Part shown: positions 39,762 through 49,909 of the stretch, in pieces
Layout of the letters: the number at the start of each line of letters is the position of its first letter
How positions within the stretch are numbered: position 1 is the stretch's first letter
Origin: an uncultured Gemmatimonadales bacterium
GTDB taxonomy: Bacteria > Gemmatimonadota > Gemmatimonadetes > Gemmatimonadales > Gemmatimonadaceae
Assembly: GCA_963851265.1 (NCBI GenBank)
Contig: CAWKNZ010000008.1
Coordinates: 1 to 64,000, forward strand
Direction: 5' to 3'
DNA: 64,000 nucleotides
The notes under the pieces: model-generated
Seen by the model: the letters and a program-made list of their open reading frames with translations, nothing else
What the model was told of the DNA's origin: nothing
The model's database searches: none
Made by a program: the position numbers and the translations under genes

Positions 39762-40304
39762 ATGCCGGTGCGCCGGGCGCGTGTCGCCCTCGTCCTCGGG
39801 GCAGGGCTCGCCGCGATGAGCGTGGCGTGCGTTCCGGCGTCCCGGTACCACGAGCCGCGCCTCGCGTTCGCCGACGCCGCCGCGCCGGGCGCCGACGCTA
39901 CCGCCGCGTCGCTCGCGGGGGATTGGGCGGGGCAGTACGACGCGCCGTTCTACGCGCGGCGCGGCGCACTGCAGCTGTCGTTGCGGCGCGTCGCGCGCGT
40001 GTCGGGCGGCGTCGTGACCAACACGATCGTCGGCACCGCGACCATTGGCGGCGGGTCGGCGCCGGCCCGGGTCGCGATCGACTCGGCGCGCGTCGGGCGA
40101 GGCCGTGTCGCGCTGTTCCTTGCGCCCTTCGCCGACGCGGAGAGCGGCGCCACGCTGCAGGTGCGCATGGACGGCGCCGTCGTGGCCGACACGCTCGGCG
40201 GCCGACTGCGCGCCGACGGCGCCGTGACCGTCGCGCCGGAACACCGCGGCGGCTGGCGGCTCGTGCGCGTCACGCGCGGCGACGGCGGGCGCGGCGGCCC
40301 GTGA
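39762..40304 (+). CDS. Hypothetical lipoprotein
   Basis: GAGGGG RBS, lipobox SVAC, LAGDWAGQY beta-rich body. Confidence 0.6.
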   Translation: MPVRRARVALVLGAGLAAMSVACVPASRYHEPRLAFADAAAPGADATAASLAGDWAGQYDAPFYARRGALQLSLRRVARVSGGVVTNTIVGTATIGGGSAPARVAIDSARVGRGRVALFLAPFADAESGATLQVRMDGAVVADTLGGRLRADGAVTVAPEHRGGWRLVRVTRGDGGRGGP

Positions 40305-40339
40305 ACTCCCCGCCCACGACGGGCGGAACCGCCGTGGGC

Positions 40340-40372
40340 GTTCATCACCGGTTCATCGAGCGGGGCTAGGCT
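40340..40372 (+). promoter_or_regulatory. OmpR/PhoB-type direct repeat plus -10 element
   Basis: GTTCATC-N4-GTTCATC (11-bp period), then TAGGCT at 40367-40372. Confidence 0.5.
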
Positions 40373-40423
40373 TCGTCCACCCGCACGACCGATCAGGGAC
40401 CGTTCGCGGTCTGACTCCGGCTC

Positions 40424-40969
40424 ATGTCCACGTTGCCAGACCTCACGGCCGCCGACGCGGCGCCGGTGCCGACGTCGTCGGGGCCGCCGGACGAGCACCG
40501 GTTCGTGCTGCAGGTGGTGCAGCCGGGGCTGCTGGGGCTCATGGACGGCTCGGTGAGCACGCTCGCGCCGATCTTCGCCACGGCCCGCCTGACCAACAGC
40601 GCGCACGACGCGTTCTTCGTCGGCCTCGCGGCCTCGGTGGGCGCGGCCATCAGCATGGGGCTCGCCGAGGCCCTCTCCGACGACGGCAAGGTCTCGGGGC
40701 GCGGCAGCCCGCTCACGCGCGGCGCGGTCACCGGGCTCGGCACCCTGCTCGGCGGCATGGGGCACACGTTCCCCTTCCTCATCGGCACCCTGCACACGGC
40801 CCTCTGGGTGGCCTACGGGGTCGTGGTGGTCGAGCTGCTCGTGATCGCCTACATCCGCTACCACTTCATGGAGAGCCCGCTCGGCCGCACGGTCGCGCAG
40901 GTGATCGTGGGCGGCGGGATCGTCTTCGCCGTCGGCATCTGGCTCGGCCAGCTCGGCGCGACGGCGTGA
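40424..40969 (+). CDS. VIT1/CCC1-family Fe/Mn transporter (MbfA membrane-domain-like)
   Basis: [36 protein letters not shown]. Confidence 0.85.
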   Translation: MSTLPDLTAADAAPVPTSSGPPDEHRFVLQVVQPGLLGLMDGSVSTLAPIFATARLTNSAHDAFFVGLAASVGAAISMGLAEALSDDGKVSGRGSPLTRGAVTGLGTLLGGMGHTFPFLIGTLHTALWVAYGVVVVELLVIAYIRYHFMESPLGRTVAQVIVGGGIVFAVGIWLGQLGATA

Positions 40970-40982
40970 CCGCGCCGATCGC

Positions 40983-42083
40983 CTAACGCGAGAACGCCGC
41001 ACCGAGCGCGGCGACCGCGGCCAGCAGCGCCACCGCGGCGAGCCCCGCCGCGCCTAACGCGAGCGCGCGCCACCGCGCCTCGGCCGCCTGGACGAGCTGG
41101 GCGACCTGCCCGCCGAGCGACGAGGCGTCGGCCGTGAGCGCGGCCGGGTCGCCGGGCGCTCCCCCTGGCGCGTTCGGTGCGGGCACGTTCGACGCGGGCA
41201 ACTCGGGCACCTCGGGATCGAGCACCGACTGGCGCATCACGCGCTTGGCCGAGATCACCTCCTCCATCGCGCGCTCGAAGTGCACCTGGCGGATGGCCTT
41301 GGCGTCGTCGGGCCCGGGCTCGGCGGCGGCCGCGACGGCGGCCTTCAGGACGGCGTTCTTGATGTCGCCCCCGCTCCCCGCGAAGCGCTCGGCGAGCGCG
41401 CGGAAGTCGACGTCGGGGGCGAGCGGGGTCTTGAGCGGGTGCACCTGGACGCGCCAGATCTGCTCGCGCTCGTCGGGGCCGGGCATCTCGAACAGCACGT
41501 GCGTCCGCACGCGGCGCGCGAACGCGGGGTCGAAGTTGGCGGCCAGGTTGGTCGCGAAGATCACCACGCCGTTGAACGCCTCGAGCTCCTTGAGCAGCAC
41601 GTTGACGGTGGTGTTGGACTCGCGCTGGAAGGCGAGCGCCGCGCCCGCGCCGGTGCGCCGTGCGGCGATCGCGTCCGCCTCATCGAAAAACAGCACCGCG
41701 TTCTGCTCCCCCGCCGCCCGGAACACGGCCGCGACGTTCTTGGGCGTCTCGCCGGCCCACATGCTCTCGACCTCGGCGTAGTTGACGAGGAACAGCTGGC
41801 GGCCTAACGCGTGAGCGATCGCCTCGGCGCACACGGTCTTCCCCGTCCCCGGCGGCCCCGCGAAGTTGAAGGCGAGCCCGAGCCCGGTCGCGTGGCGCTC
41901 GCCGAGGCCCCAGCGGTCGAAGATGAGCGCCTGGCTCCGCACCTGCGCGAGCGCCTGGTCGAGCGTGGCGCGAGTCGCCGGCGGCAGGATCACGTCGGCG
42001 AAGGTCCGGCGCGGCGTGAACGTCTCGACGGCGCGGCGACCGCCGAGGCGGTTCTGGATGAGCGAGAGCAGCGGGGATGGCAT
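40983..42083 (-). CDS. AAA+ ATPase with C-terminal membrane anchor
   Basis: GPPGTGKT, LFFDEAD, ATN...DPAFARR, hydrophobic tail. Confidence 0.88.
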   Translation of the reverse strand: MPSPLLSLIQNRLGGRRAVETFTPRRTFADVILPPATRATLDQALAQVRSQALIFDRWGLGERHATGLGLAFNFAGPPGTGKTVCAEAIAHALGRQLFLVNYAEVESMWAGETPKNVAAVFRAAGEQNAVLFFDEADAIAARRTGAGAALAFQRESNTTVNVLLKELEAFNGVVIFATNLAANFDPAFARRVRTHVLFEMPGPDEREQIWRVQVHPLKTPLAPDVDFRALAERFAGSGGDIKNAVLKAAVAAAAEPGPDDAKAIRQVHFERAMEEVISAKRVMRQSVLDPEVPELPASNVPAPNAPGGAPGDPAALTADASSLGGQVAQLVQAAEARWRALALGAAGLAAVALLAAVAALGAAFSR

Positions 42084-42134
42084 GCCAGATTGTACCCCCG
42101 GGACGGCGGAGGGTCACGCGCCCATCAACCCCGG

Positions 42135-43738
42135 TCAGCCCGGCGCGGCCGGAAGGGCGGCCGGAAGGGCGGCCGGGAGCGCGTCGGGCAGCGCGGCCCG
42201 CAGCGCCGCGCGCTGCAGCTTGCCCGACGCGGTGCGCGGGAGCGGGTCGCGCACGATGCGCACCTCCGCGGGCACCTTGTAGCGCGCGAGCTGCGCGCGG
42301 CAGTGCTCGCGCAGCGCCTCGCCGAGGGCCGCGTCGATGACATCGCCCGGCGCCGCGTCGCCCGCGGGGGGGCTGTTAGGCGCACGACGCCCACCACCCG
42401 CTGCCCCCACGCGGGGTCGGGCGCGCCCACCACGCCCGCCTCGGCCACCCGCGGGTGGGCGAGCAACGCCGCCTCCACCTCGGCCGGGTAGACGTTCTCG
42501 CCGCCGGTGATGATCAGGTCGTCGCGGCGGTCGAGCACGTACAGGTAGCCCTCGGCGTCGAGCCGCCCCACGTCGCCGGTGTGCAGCCAGCCGTCGACGA
42601 CGGCGCGCGCGGTGGCCTCGGGTCGCCCCGCGTAGCCCGCCATCACCACCGGGCCGCGCACGAGGATCTCCCCCGTCTCGTCGGGGGCGGCGTCGCGCCC
42701 GTCGACGGCCACGCGCAGCGCGTTGGGGTAGAGCGCCCGCCCCGCCGACCCGAGCTTGCGGAGAGCGTCGGCGGGGGCGAGGGTGGCCACCTGCGAGGCG
42801 GTCTCGGTGAGGCCGTAGGTCTGCACGACGGGCACGCCTAACGCCGCGCACCGTTCGAGCAGCGGCGCGGGCGCGGGGCCGCCGCCGAGCAGCACGCAGC
42901 GGAGCGACGCCGGATACGCGCGCCCGCCGCCCGCCGCGCGCGCGTCGAGCATGCGCTGCAACATCACCGCGACGACGGAGACGATCGTGACCCCCTCGGC
43001 GTCGATCGCGCCGTTCACCGCGTCGGCGTCGAACGCGTCGTGGACGACGGCGGCGGAGCCGTAGATCGCCGAGCGCAGCACGATCGACAGCCCGCCGACG
43101 TGAAACAGGGGGAGGCAGGCGAGCCAGCGGTCGTCGGGGCCGGCGCCCAAGTTGAGCGCGGACCCGACGGCACTCCACCAGAAGTTGCCGACCGTGAGCA
43201 TCGCGCCCTTGGGCCGCCCGGTGGTGCCCGACGTGTACAGCGTCGCGAGCACGCGCTCGGGGTCGTGTGCGAGTTGCAGCGGCACCTCGGCCTCGGCGGC
43301 CGCGCCGAGCACCGACGGGCCGCCCGCCTCGGACGCGAGTGTCATGGCGGGGGCCGTCGCGGCGGGGAGCGCGTCGCACGCCGCGCGCGCGAGCGCGGCG
43401 GTGCGCGCGTCGGCGACGAGCGCGCGCGGCGCGGCGTCGCCGAGCTGCCAGGCGAGTTCGGCGGGGGTGAGCCGGACGTTGAGTGGGACCAGCGTGGCTC
43501 CGAGGCGGAGCGCGGCGTGCGCGAGCACGGCCGGCGCCGCGCCGTTAGGCAGGAGCGTCGCCACGCGGTCGCCCGCGCGCGCGCCGAGCGCGGCGAGCTG
43601 CCGGGCCGCGCGCGACGCCTCCGCGTCGAGCTCGGCGAAGTTCCACGTCCGCCCGCGCGCGACGAGCGCGGCGCGCGCGGGCGCCGCGGCCGCGCGGTGC
43701 GCGAGCCAGTCGGGGAGCGCGGCCGGCGCGCCCGTCAC
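42135..43738 (-). CDS. menE: o-succinylbenzoate-CoA ligase, frameshifted near the 3' end
   Basis: YTSGTTGRPKG, TYGLTETASQ, GWLHTGD, GGENVYPAEVE in one frame; LARYKVP...LPRTASGKLQR in another. The switch falls near the G7 run at 42366-42372. Confidence 0.88.
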
Positions 43739-43745
43739 GCCGGGG

Positions 43746-44570
43746 TCACGGGAAACGCGGGAACTTCGAGAAGTCGGGTTTCCGCTTCTCGAGGAACGCG
43801 TTCTTCCCCTCCTTCGCTTCCTCCGTCAGGTAGTAGAGCAGCGTCGCGTCGCCCGCGAGCTGCTGCAGCCCGGCCTGCCCGTCGGTGTCGGCGTTGAACG
43901 ACGCCTTGAGAAAGCGCAGCGCGATGGGGCTCTTCTCGACGATCTCGCGCGCCCACTGCATCGCCTCGTCGTGCAGTCGCTCGAGCGGCACGACGGTGTT
44001 CACGAGTCCCATGTCGAGCGCCTGCTGCGCGTCGTACTGGCGGCAGAGGTACCAGATCTCGCGCGCCTTCTTGTGCCCGACGACTCGCGCGAGATAGCTG
44101 GCGCCGTACCCCGCGTCGAAGCTGCCGACCCTCGGGCCGGTCTGGCCGAAGCGCGCGTTCTCGGCCGCGATCGTGAGGTCGCAGACGAGGTGCAGCACGT
44201 GCCCGCCGCCGATCGCGTAGCCCGCGACCACGGCCACCACCGGCTTGGGCAGGTAGCGGATCTGCTTCTGAACGTCGAGGATGTTGAGCCGCGGCACCTG
44301 ATCGCCGCCCACGTAGCCGCCCTCGCCGCGGACGCGCTGGTCGCCGCCCGAGCAGAACGCGAGATCGCCCTCGCCGGTGAGCAGCACCACGCCGGTGGTG
44401 AGGTCGTCGCGCGCGTGGTCGAAGGCGTCGATCAACTCGGCGACGGTCTCGGGACGGAAGGCGTTGCGCACTTCCGGGCGGTTGATCGTGATCTTCGCGA
44501 TCGCCTCACCGGCGGCGCGTTCGTAGCGGATGTCGGTGTAGGCCTTGATGGGCTGCCAGTCGATGCTCAT
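43746..44570 (-). CDS. menB: 1,4-dihydroxy-2-naphthoyl-CoA synthase
   Basis: [40 protein letters not shown]. Confidence 0.96.
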   Translation of the reverse strand: MSIDWQPIKAYTDIRYERAAGEAIAKITINRPEVRNAFRPETVAELIDAFDHARDDLTTGVVLLTGEGDLAFCSGGDQRVRGEGGYVGGDQVPRLNILDVQKQIRYLPKPVVAVVAGYAIGGGHVLHLVCDLTIAAENARFGQTGPRVGSFDAGYGASYLARVVGHKKAREIWYLCRQYDAQQALDMGLVNTVVPLERLHDEAMQWAREIVEKSPIALRFLKASFNADTDGQAGLQQLAGDATLLYYLTEEAKEGKNAFLEKRKPDFSKFPRFP

Positions 44571-44723
44571 GCCGGGCGTGGAAGCGGGAGAACGCCGCCC
44601 GCCGGAGCGTGGCGCGGCGGCGCTCCGCAAAGCTAGGCCGCGAGGGGCGGCGCGGCCCGGCTCGCCGACCCGTATCTTGTGCGCGAGACCGCTGCTCCCG
44701 CCATCCTCCTCCTCAGGTGCCTC

Positions 44724-45344
44724 ATGCGCGCTCGACTCGCGTTGTCCCTCGTCGCCGCCCTTGGCTTCGTCCCGCTCGCCGCGCGCGCCCAGACGCCGGC
44801 CGCGGCACCTGCTCCTGCCGGTGCGCCGGCCGCGACGCCGGCGACGCGCCCGAGCGCCACGCGCCCGACGGCGGCGCTGCCCGCCGCGCGGCCCCCGCAG
44901 GCCGTGCTGCCCCCGGGACCAGCGCGCGCCGCGACCCCGGGCGGGGCCAAGGTCGCGAGCGTCACGTGCAAGGATGGCACGACCGGGAAGGTCGGCCGCG
45001 GCGCGTGCGCACGGCACGGCGGCGTGACCACTGTCGCCGCGCCCGCGCCCGCTGCGGCGCGGTCCGCCGCGGTGGCGTCGGCCAACCCGGGTGGGGTCGC
45101 GCCGGCCCCGACACCCCAGGCCACCGCGGTGGTGCCGAACGGGCCCACGCGCCGGGCCTCGGCCGTGGCGCCGGGCGGTGCACCGACGCCGGCCACCCAG
45201 GCGACGGGTGCGGCGGCTGGCGGCGCTGAGAACGCCAACCCGGCGGGCGCGGTGGCGCAGTGCAAGGATGGCTCGTACTCGCACGCGAAGGGGCATCGCG
45301 GCGCGTGCTCGCGCCACGGCGGCGTGGCGAAGTTCCTGTCCTGA
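44724..45344 (+). CDS. Secreted DUF3761-repeat protein
   Basis: Signal peptide; two CKDG...GACxxHGGV motifs with Pro/Ala linkers. Confidence 0.8.
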   Translation: MRARLALSLVAALGFVPLAARAQTPAAAPAPAGAPAATPATRPSATRPTAALPAARPPQAVLPPGPARAATPGGAKVASVTCKDGTTGKVGRGACARHGGVTTVAAPAPAAARSAAVASANPGGVAPAPTPQATAVVPNGPTRRASAVAPGGAPTPATQATGAAAGGAENANPAGAVAQCKDGSYSHAKGHRGACSRHGGVAKFLS

Positions 45345-45379
45345 GCTGACGCGTTACAGCTGACGAGTCCCGGACGGGC

Positions 45380-46249
45380 TCACGCCCTGGTGGCGTGGGG
45401 GCCGTCCGGCGACGGACGTGGACCGAGGCTCTCGTCCAGGAACGTCCGGACGAGCGCGGCGAAGGCGTCGGGACGCTCCAGGTGCACGGCGTGCCCCGCG
45501 CCCGCGACGACGGTGATGCGCGCCCCGGGAATCGCGCGCCGCATCGCGCGGCCTAACGCGACGTACTTCGCGTCGAGCGCGCCGGCGACGAGCAGCGTCG
45601 GCGCGCGGATCGCCGCGAGCCGGTCGAGCGCCGGCGGGTCCGCGCCCGCGCCGGCGCCGCGCAGGCTGTTGGCGAGCCCGCGCGCGTCGTTCGCCAACCG
45701 CCCCGCGCGCAGCGCCGCCCGCGCGTCGTCGCCGAGCGCGGCCTGGGACGCCCAGAGCGGAAGCCGCTCCCAGCAGTCGACGAACGCCGCGACGCCGTCG
45801 CGCTCGATGGCGTCGGCGAGCGCGGCGTCGGCCGCGACCCGCGCCGCGCGCTCGGCGGGGTCGGCGATGCCGGGCGACGCGCTCTCGAGCACGAGCGCGG
45901 CGACGCGCTCCGGCCGTGCGAGCGCGAACCGCAGCGCGGCGCGCCCGCCTAACGAATAGCCGAGCACCGCGGCGCGCGCGACGCCGGCGGCGTCGAGCAC
46001 GCGGGCGAGGTCGTCCGCGAGGCGGTCGAGCGCGAAGCGCGCCGGGTCGGCGGGCGCGCCGGAGCGGCCGTGGCCGGGGAGGTCGACCGCGAGCGTGGCG
46101 TACGACCCGCCGAGCGCGGCGCGGAGCGGCGCCCACGTGCCGCCGGCGCCGGTGAAGCCGTGCAGCAGGAGCAGCGGGGGCCCGACGCCCGCACGGGCGA
46201 GGTGCAGCGAGAGCCCGCCGCCCACGTCGACGTCGCAGGCGTCGGACAC
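45380..46249 (-). CDS. menH: SHCHC synthase (alpha/beta hydrolase)
   Basis: LHGFTG, DLPGHG, GYSLGGR, LESASPG, GHAVHLE; men operon context. Confidence 0.9.
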   Translation of the reverse strand: MSDACDVDVGGGLSLHLARAGVGPPLLLLHGFTGAGGTWAPLRAALGGSYATLAVDLPGHGRSGAPADPARFALDRLADDLARVLDAAGVARAAVLGYSLGGRAALRFALARPERVAALVLESASPGIADPAERAARVAADAALADAIERDGVAAFVDCWERLPLWASQAALGDDARAALRAGRLANDARGLANSLRGAGAGADPPALDRLAAIRAPTLLVAGALDAKYVALGRAMRRAIPGARITVVAGAGHAVHLERPDAFAALVRTFLDESLGPRPSPDGPHATRA

Positions 46250-46255
46250 GGCGTG

Positions 46256-48136
46256 TCAGCCCGCGGCCGTGGGCGCGACGGATCTCGCCGCGTCTAACGC
46301 GGCCGCCACCGCCGCCCACGCGCCGCGGTGCAGCACCACGTTCCGCGCGCGGTCGGTGCGCATCTCGACGAGGTGCAGCCCGCGCCCGCCGACCCCCGCG
46401 GCCACCGCGGCGCGGAGCGCCGCGGGCGTCTCGACGCGGCGGTAGCACGCGCCGTAGAGGGCCGCCGCGGGCGCGAACTCCAACCCGTGCGGGGTGCCGA
46501 ACAGCTGCTCGAAGTGCGCGGGGTGCGCCGCCTGTGGCAGGAACGAGAAGATCCCCCCGCCGTCGTTGTTCAGCACGACGATCGTGGCGTCGAGCGCGTG
46601 CAGCCGCGCCGCGAGCAGCCCGTTCATGTCGTGGTAGAAGGCGAGGTCGCCGATGACCAGCACGAGCGGCCCCGCGCCCCCGTCGTTCGCCGCGCCGTTC
46701 GACGCGTCATCCGACGCGCCGCCGCGCGCGGCCGCGGCGGCGCCTAACGCCGTCGAGACGACGCCGTCGATTCCGTTCGCGCCGCGGTTGGCCAGCACCC
46801 GGAGCGCGCGCGCGTCGCCCGCGGCGAAGGCGTCGAGGTCACGGACGGGCATGCTGCTGCTCACGAACAGCGTTCCGCCCGCCGGCACGGCGTCGGCGAC
46901 CACGGCCAGCGCGCGCCCCTCGAACGGCTCGTCGAGTCCCGCGGCGTAGGCGGCGAGCGCCGCACCCGTGGTCGCGTCCACGCGGCGCCAGTCCGCGAGC
47001 CAGTCGTCCTCCTGAGGGCCGCCTGCTCCAATGATCGCGAGCAGTCGCTCGGCGAGCACGCGCGGGTCCGCATGCACCACCTCGGCGGCCAGCAGCGAGG
47101 GGTCGGGCCAGCGCGCCGGGTCGACGACGACCAGCCGGGCCGCGGCATGTCGATCGAGGTACTGGAGCAGCGGTTTGGACGTCGGAAGCCCGCCGACTCG
47201 CAGCACGAAGTCGGGGACGAGAGACGTCGCGGTGGCCTCGTCGCGGAGCGCGGCGTCGTAGCGGTCGATGACCGTGGAGTCGCCCGCGGACGCGTCGCGG
47301 TGCACGCCCCACCGCAGCTGGGACAGCGGATCGGCGAGCAGCGGCGCCCGGAGCGCGAGGGCGAGGGCCGTGAGCGGCGCGGCGAACGCGCGGTCGGGCT
47401 GGGGGCCGCAAACGATCAGCGGGCGCCGCGCGGCGCGCAGGTCGGCGGCGAGCCGGGCCACGGTCGCGTCGTCGGGGCCGGGCGGCGCGTCGTCGACGAC
47501 GACCCACGGCGCGCCGTCGGGACGGCCCTGCCACGCCAGCGCGTCGGCGGCCGAGAGCCCGGCCGGCATCCCGACCGGGACCGGAACGAGCGGCTCGCGC
47601 AGGGGGAAGTTCAGGTGGATCGGTCCAGCCGGCGCGGCGCTCGCGAGCGCGACGGCGCGCCCGGCCAGCGTGCGCACGTAGCGCAGGAGGGCGGGCGTCG
47701 CCTCGGGCAGGGCGACCTCCGCCGACCACTTGGCGTGCGCGCCGTACAGGCGGTGCTGGTCGATGGTCTGCGCCGCGCCCACTTCGCGCAGCTCGGGCGG
47801 GCGGTCGGCGGTGAGGACGAGCAGGGGTACTCCCGCGGCGCGCGCCTCGACCACGGCCGGGAAGAAGTTGGCCGCCGCCGTGCCCGACGTGCAGAGCAGC
47901 GCCACCGGCTCGCCGAGTGCGCGCGCCATCCCGAGCGCGAAGAAGGCGGCCGAACGCTCGTCCAGGTGCACCCACGCGCGAAGGCCGGGGTGCGCGACGA
48001 TCGTCAGGGCGAGCGGTGTCGAGCGCGACCCGGGGGCGATGCATGCGTGGCGTACCCCGGCGCGCACCAGCTCGTCGACGAACGCCCCGATGTACGCGTG
48101 CGCGGCCTGCGCCGTCTCGTCGGGTGCGGCCGTCAT
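46256..48136 (-). CDS. menD: SEPHCHC synthase
   Basis: PGSRSTPL, DERSAAFFALG, TSGTA, NRGANGIDG, GDLAFYHDMNG, NNDGGGIF. Confidence 0.96.
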   Translation of the reverse strand: MTAAPDETAQAAHAYIGAFVDELVRAGVRHACIAPGSRSTPLALTIVAHPGLRAWVHLDERSAAFFALGMARALGEPVALLCTSGTAAANFFPAVVEARAAGVPLLVLTADRPPELREVGAAQTIDQHRLYGAHAKWSAEVALPEATPALLRYVRTLAGRAVALASAAPAGPIHLNFPLREPLVPVPVGMPAGLSAADALAWQGRPDGAPWVVVDDAPPGPDDATVARLAADLRAARRPLIVCGPQPDRAFAAPLTALALALRAPLLADPLSQLRWGVHRDASAGDSTVIDRYDAALRDEATATSLVPDFVLRVGGLPTSKPLLQYLDRHAAARLVVVDPARWPDPSLLAAEVVHADPRVLAERLLAIIGAGGPQEDDWLADWRRVDATTGAALAAYAAGLDEPFEGRALAVVADAVPAGGTLFVSSSMPVRDLDAFAAGDARALRVLANRGANGIDGVVSTALGAAAAARGGASDDASNGAANDGGAGPLVLVIGDLAFYHDMNGLLAARLHALDATIVVLNNDGGGIFSFLPQAAHPAHFEQLFGTPHGLEFAPAAALYGACYRRVETPAALRAAVAAGVGGRGLHLVEMRTDRARNVVLHRGAWAAVAAALDAARSVAPTAAG

Positions 48137-49674
48137 CCCGTAGCGGCCGCCGTCGTCGCCTCGCCACGCTGGACGCCGCCGTTCGCCTCGCGCTCGCCGT
48201 CGTCGCCCTCGGCGAGCGCGGCCGCGAGCGCCTGGGTCATCGACCGCAGCTTGAGGCGCGATTCGGCGTACTCGGCGTCCGGATCGGACGCCGCGACGAT
48301 CCCGCAGCCCGCGAACATCCAGGCCTCGCGCGCGGCGACGACGGCTGAGCGCAGCGCGACCGCGAACTCGCCGCCGTCGCGCCCCACCCAGCCGACGGGC
48401 GCGGCGTACCAGCCACGGTCGAGCCGCTCGCGCGTGCGCAGGAACGCCAGCGCGGCTGCACGCGGGGAGCCGCCGACGGCGGGCGTGGGGTGGAGGCGCG
48501 CGACCAGGTCGAGGAGCGACCGCCCCGGACGGAGGCGCGCGCGCACCGGCGTATAGAGGTGGTACACGTGGCGGAGCGCGAGCAGCTCCGGCTCCGCCGG
48601 TGCGGTCACGTCGTCACACAGCGCGCCGAGCTCGGCGACGAGCGTATCGCGCACGAGCGCGTGCTCCGATCGGTCCTTCCGGCTCGCCAGCAGCTCCGCC
48701 GCGGACCGGGCGTCGTCGTCCGGTGTGGTGCCCCGCCGCGCCGATCCCGCAAGACTGCTCACGCGCACCTGCCCATCGTCGAGCCGGACGAGCCGCTCCG
48801 GACTGGCGCCCACGAACGCGCGATCACCGCGCCAGTAACCGAACACGTAGCAATCGGGGTGGGATACCTGCAGGTGCCGAAGTACCGCCGTGAGTTGGAC
48901 CTCGTGCGGCATGGCGGCGTGCACGGCGCGCGCGAGCACCACCTTGTCGAGCGTGCCGCCCTCGATCTCCGCGACCGCGTCGCGCACCAGCGCCCGCCAT
49001 TCGGCGCCAGGCCGGACGTCGTCGAGCGAGAGCGTCGCTTCATCGAGCGGAAGCGTTTCGTCCTGGTCTCGAGCGGTGATCGCGCCAGCATCGGCGCATG
49101 TTCCCAGCACTGCATCGCGGAGGTGCGCAAGCGACTCGGCACTGATATCTGGGCGCCCGTCGGCCGAGACCAACACCGTCGTCGTGAGCCAGCCGGTGCC
49201 GTCGGATACGGCGAGCTGCACGCGAGGCAGCGTCATGCGCGCGCTCGGGAAGCCCCGCCAGTGGTCGGCCCGCGGGCCGTCGGGATCGAACGCGAAGCCG
49301 CCCATGAGTACCGGCCCCGCCCCCGTCGCCGATGCGCCGTCGATCACCGCGTCGGACAGGAGCGCGGTCCACGCCTGGTCGACCGCGGTGAAGCGCGCCG
49401 CGCCATGTGGCGCGAACGTGGCTGCAGCACCGACTCCCAGCAGGGCGAAGCCATCGGCGGGCCGCGTCCAGAGTGCGCGACCCGCCGCGAGTTGCCGGGC
49501 CAGCAGCGGGTCGTGGGCTGCTGCGCGCGTGAGGGCCTCCAACACGTCGATCGTGTCCACCGCCGCGATCGGCTCCACCGCGCTCAGGAGCACCGGCCGT
49601 TGCGCGCTGCGGGCCCGGTCGCGCGCGTCGTCGAGACGCGCGAAGAGTGGGGGTTGGTCGAACGACGTCGTCAT
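48133..49674 (-). CDS. menF: Isochorismate synthase
   Basis: KVVLAR, GASPERL, LAGSARRG, LHPTPAVGG, RGWYAAP. Confidence 0.92.
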   Translation of the reverse strand: MTTSFDQPPLFARLDDARDRARSAQRPVLLSAVEPIAAVDTIDVLEALTRAAAHDPLLARQLAAGRALWTRPADGFALLGVGAAATFAPHGAARFTAVDQAWTALLSDAVIDGASATGAGPVLMGGFAFDPDGPRADHWRGFPSARMTLPRVQLAVSDGTGWLTTTVLVSADGRPDISAESLAHLRDAVLGTCADAGAITARDQDETLPLDEATLSLDDVRPGAEWRALVRDAVAEIEGGTLDKVVLARAVHAAMPHEVQLTAVLRHLQVSHPDCYVFGYWRGDRAFVGASPERLVRLDDGQVRVSSLAGSARRGTTPDDDARSAAELLASRKDRSEHALVRDTLVAELGALCDDVTAPAEPELLALRHVYHLYTPVRARLRPGRSLLDLVARLHPTPAVGGSPRAAALAFLRTRERLDRGWYAAPVGWVGRDGGEFAVALRSAVVAAREAWMFAGCGIVAASDPDAEYAESRLKLRSMTQALAAALAEGDDGEREANGGVQRGEATTAAATG

Positions 49675-49909
49675 CACCTGCACAGGGGAACGCGCGCCAC
49701 GCCCGGCGGGTGCCCGGGCGTGCTCGGGGGATCGGCGGAATGTATGAAGCCGGCCCCGGGGATGTCGGCGTACGCCCGGCTCGACACGCGTGCGTGGCGG
49801 TCGGACCCCACTGTTGCGGTCGCGACGATGCCGGACGACAGAGCGGGGCGGACGCCGTGTGGCGCCGCCCCGCTCTGTCGTCCGCAGTGTCGGACGGCCT
49901 ACGACACGA

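Noticed and set aside
42140..42185. GGCCGGAAGGGC repeats as a CRISPR or regulatory array
   Set aside because: 12-bp coding repeat (PAAL) at the menE C-terminus with no spacers.
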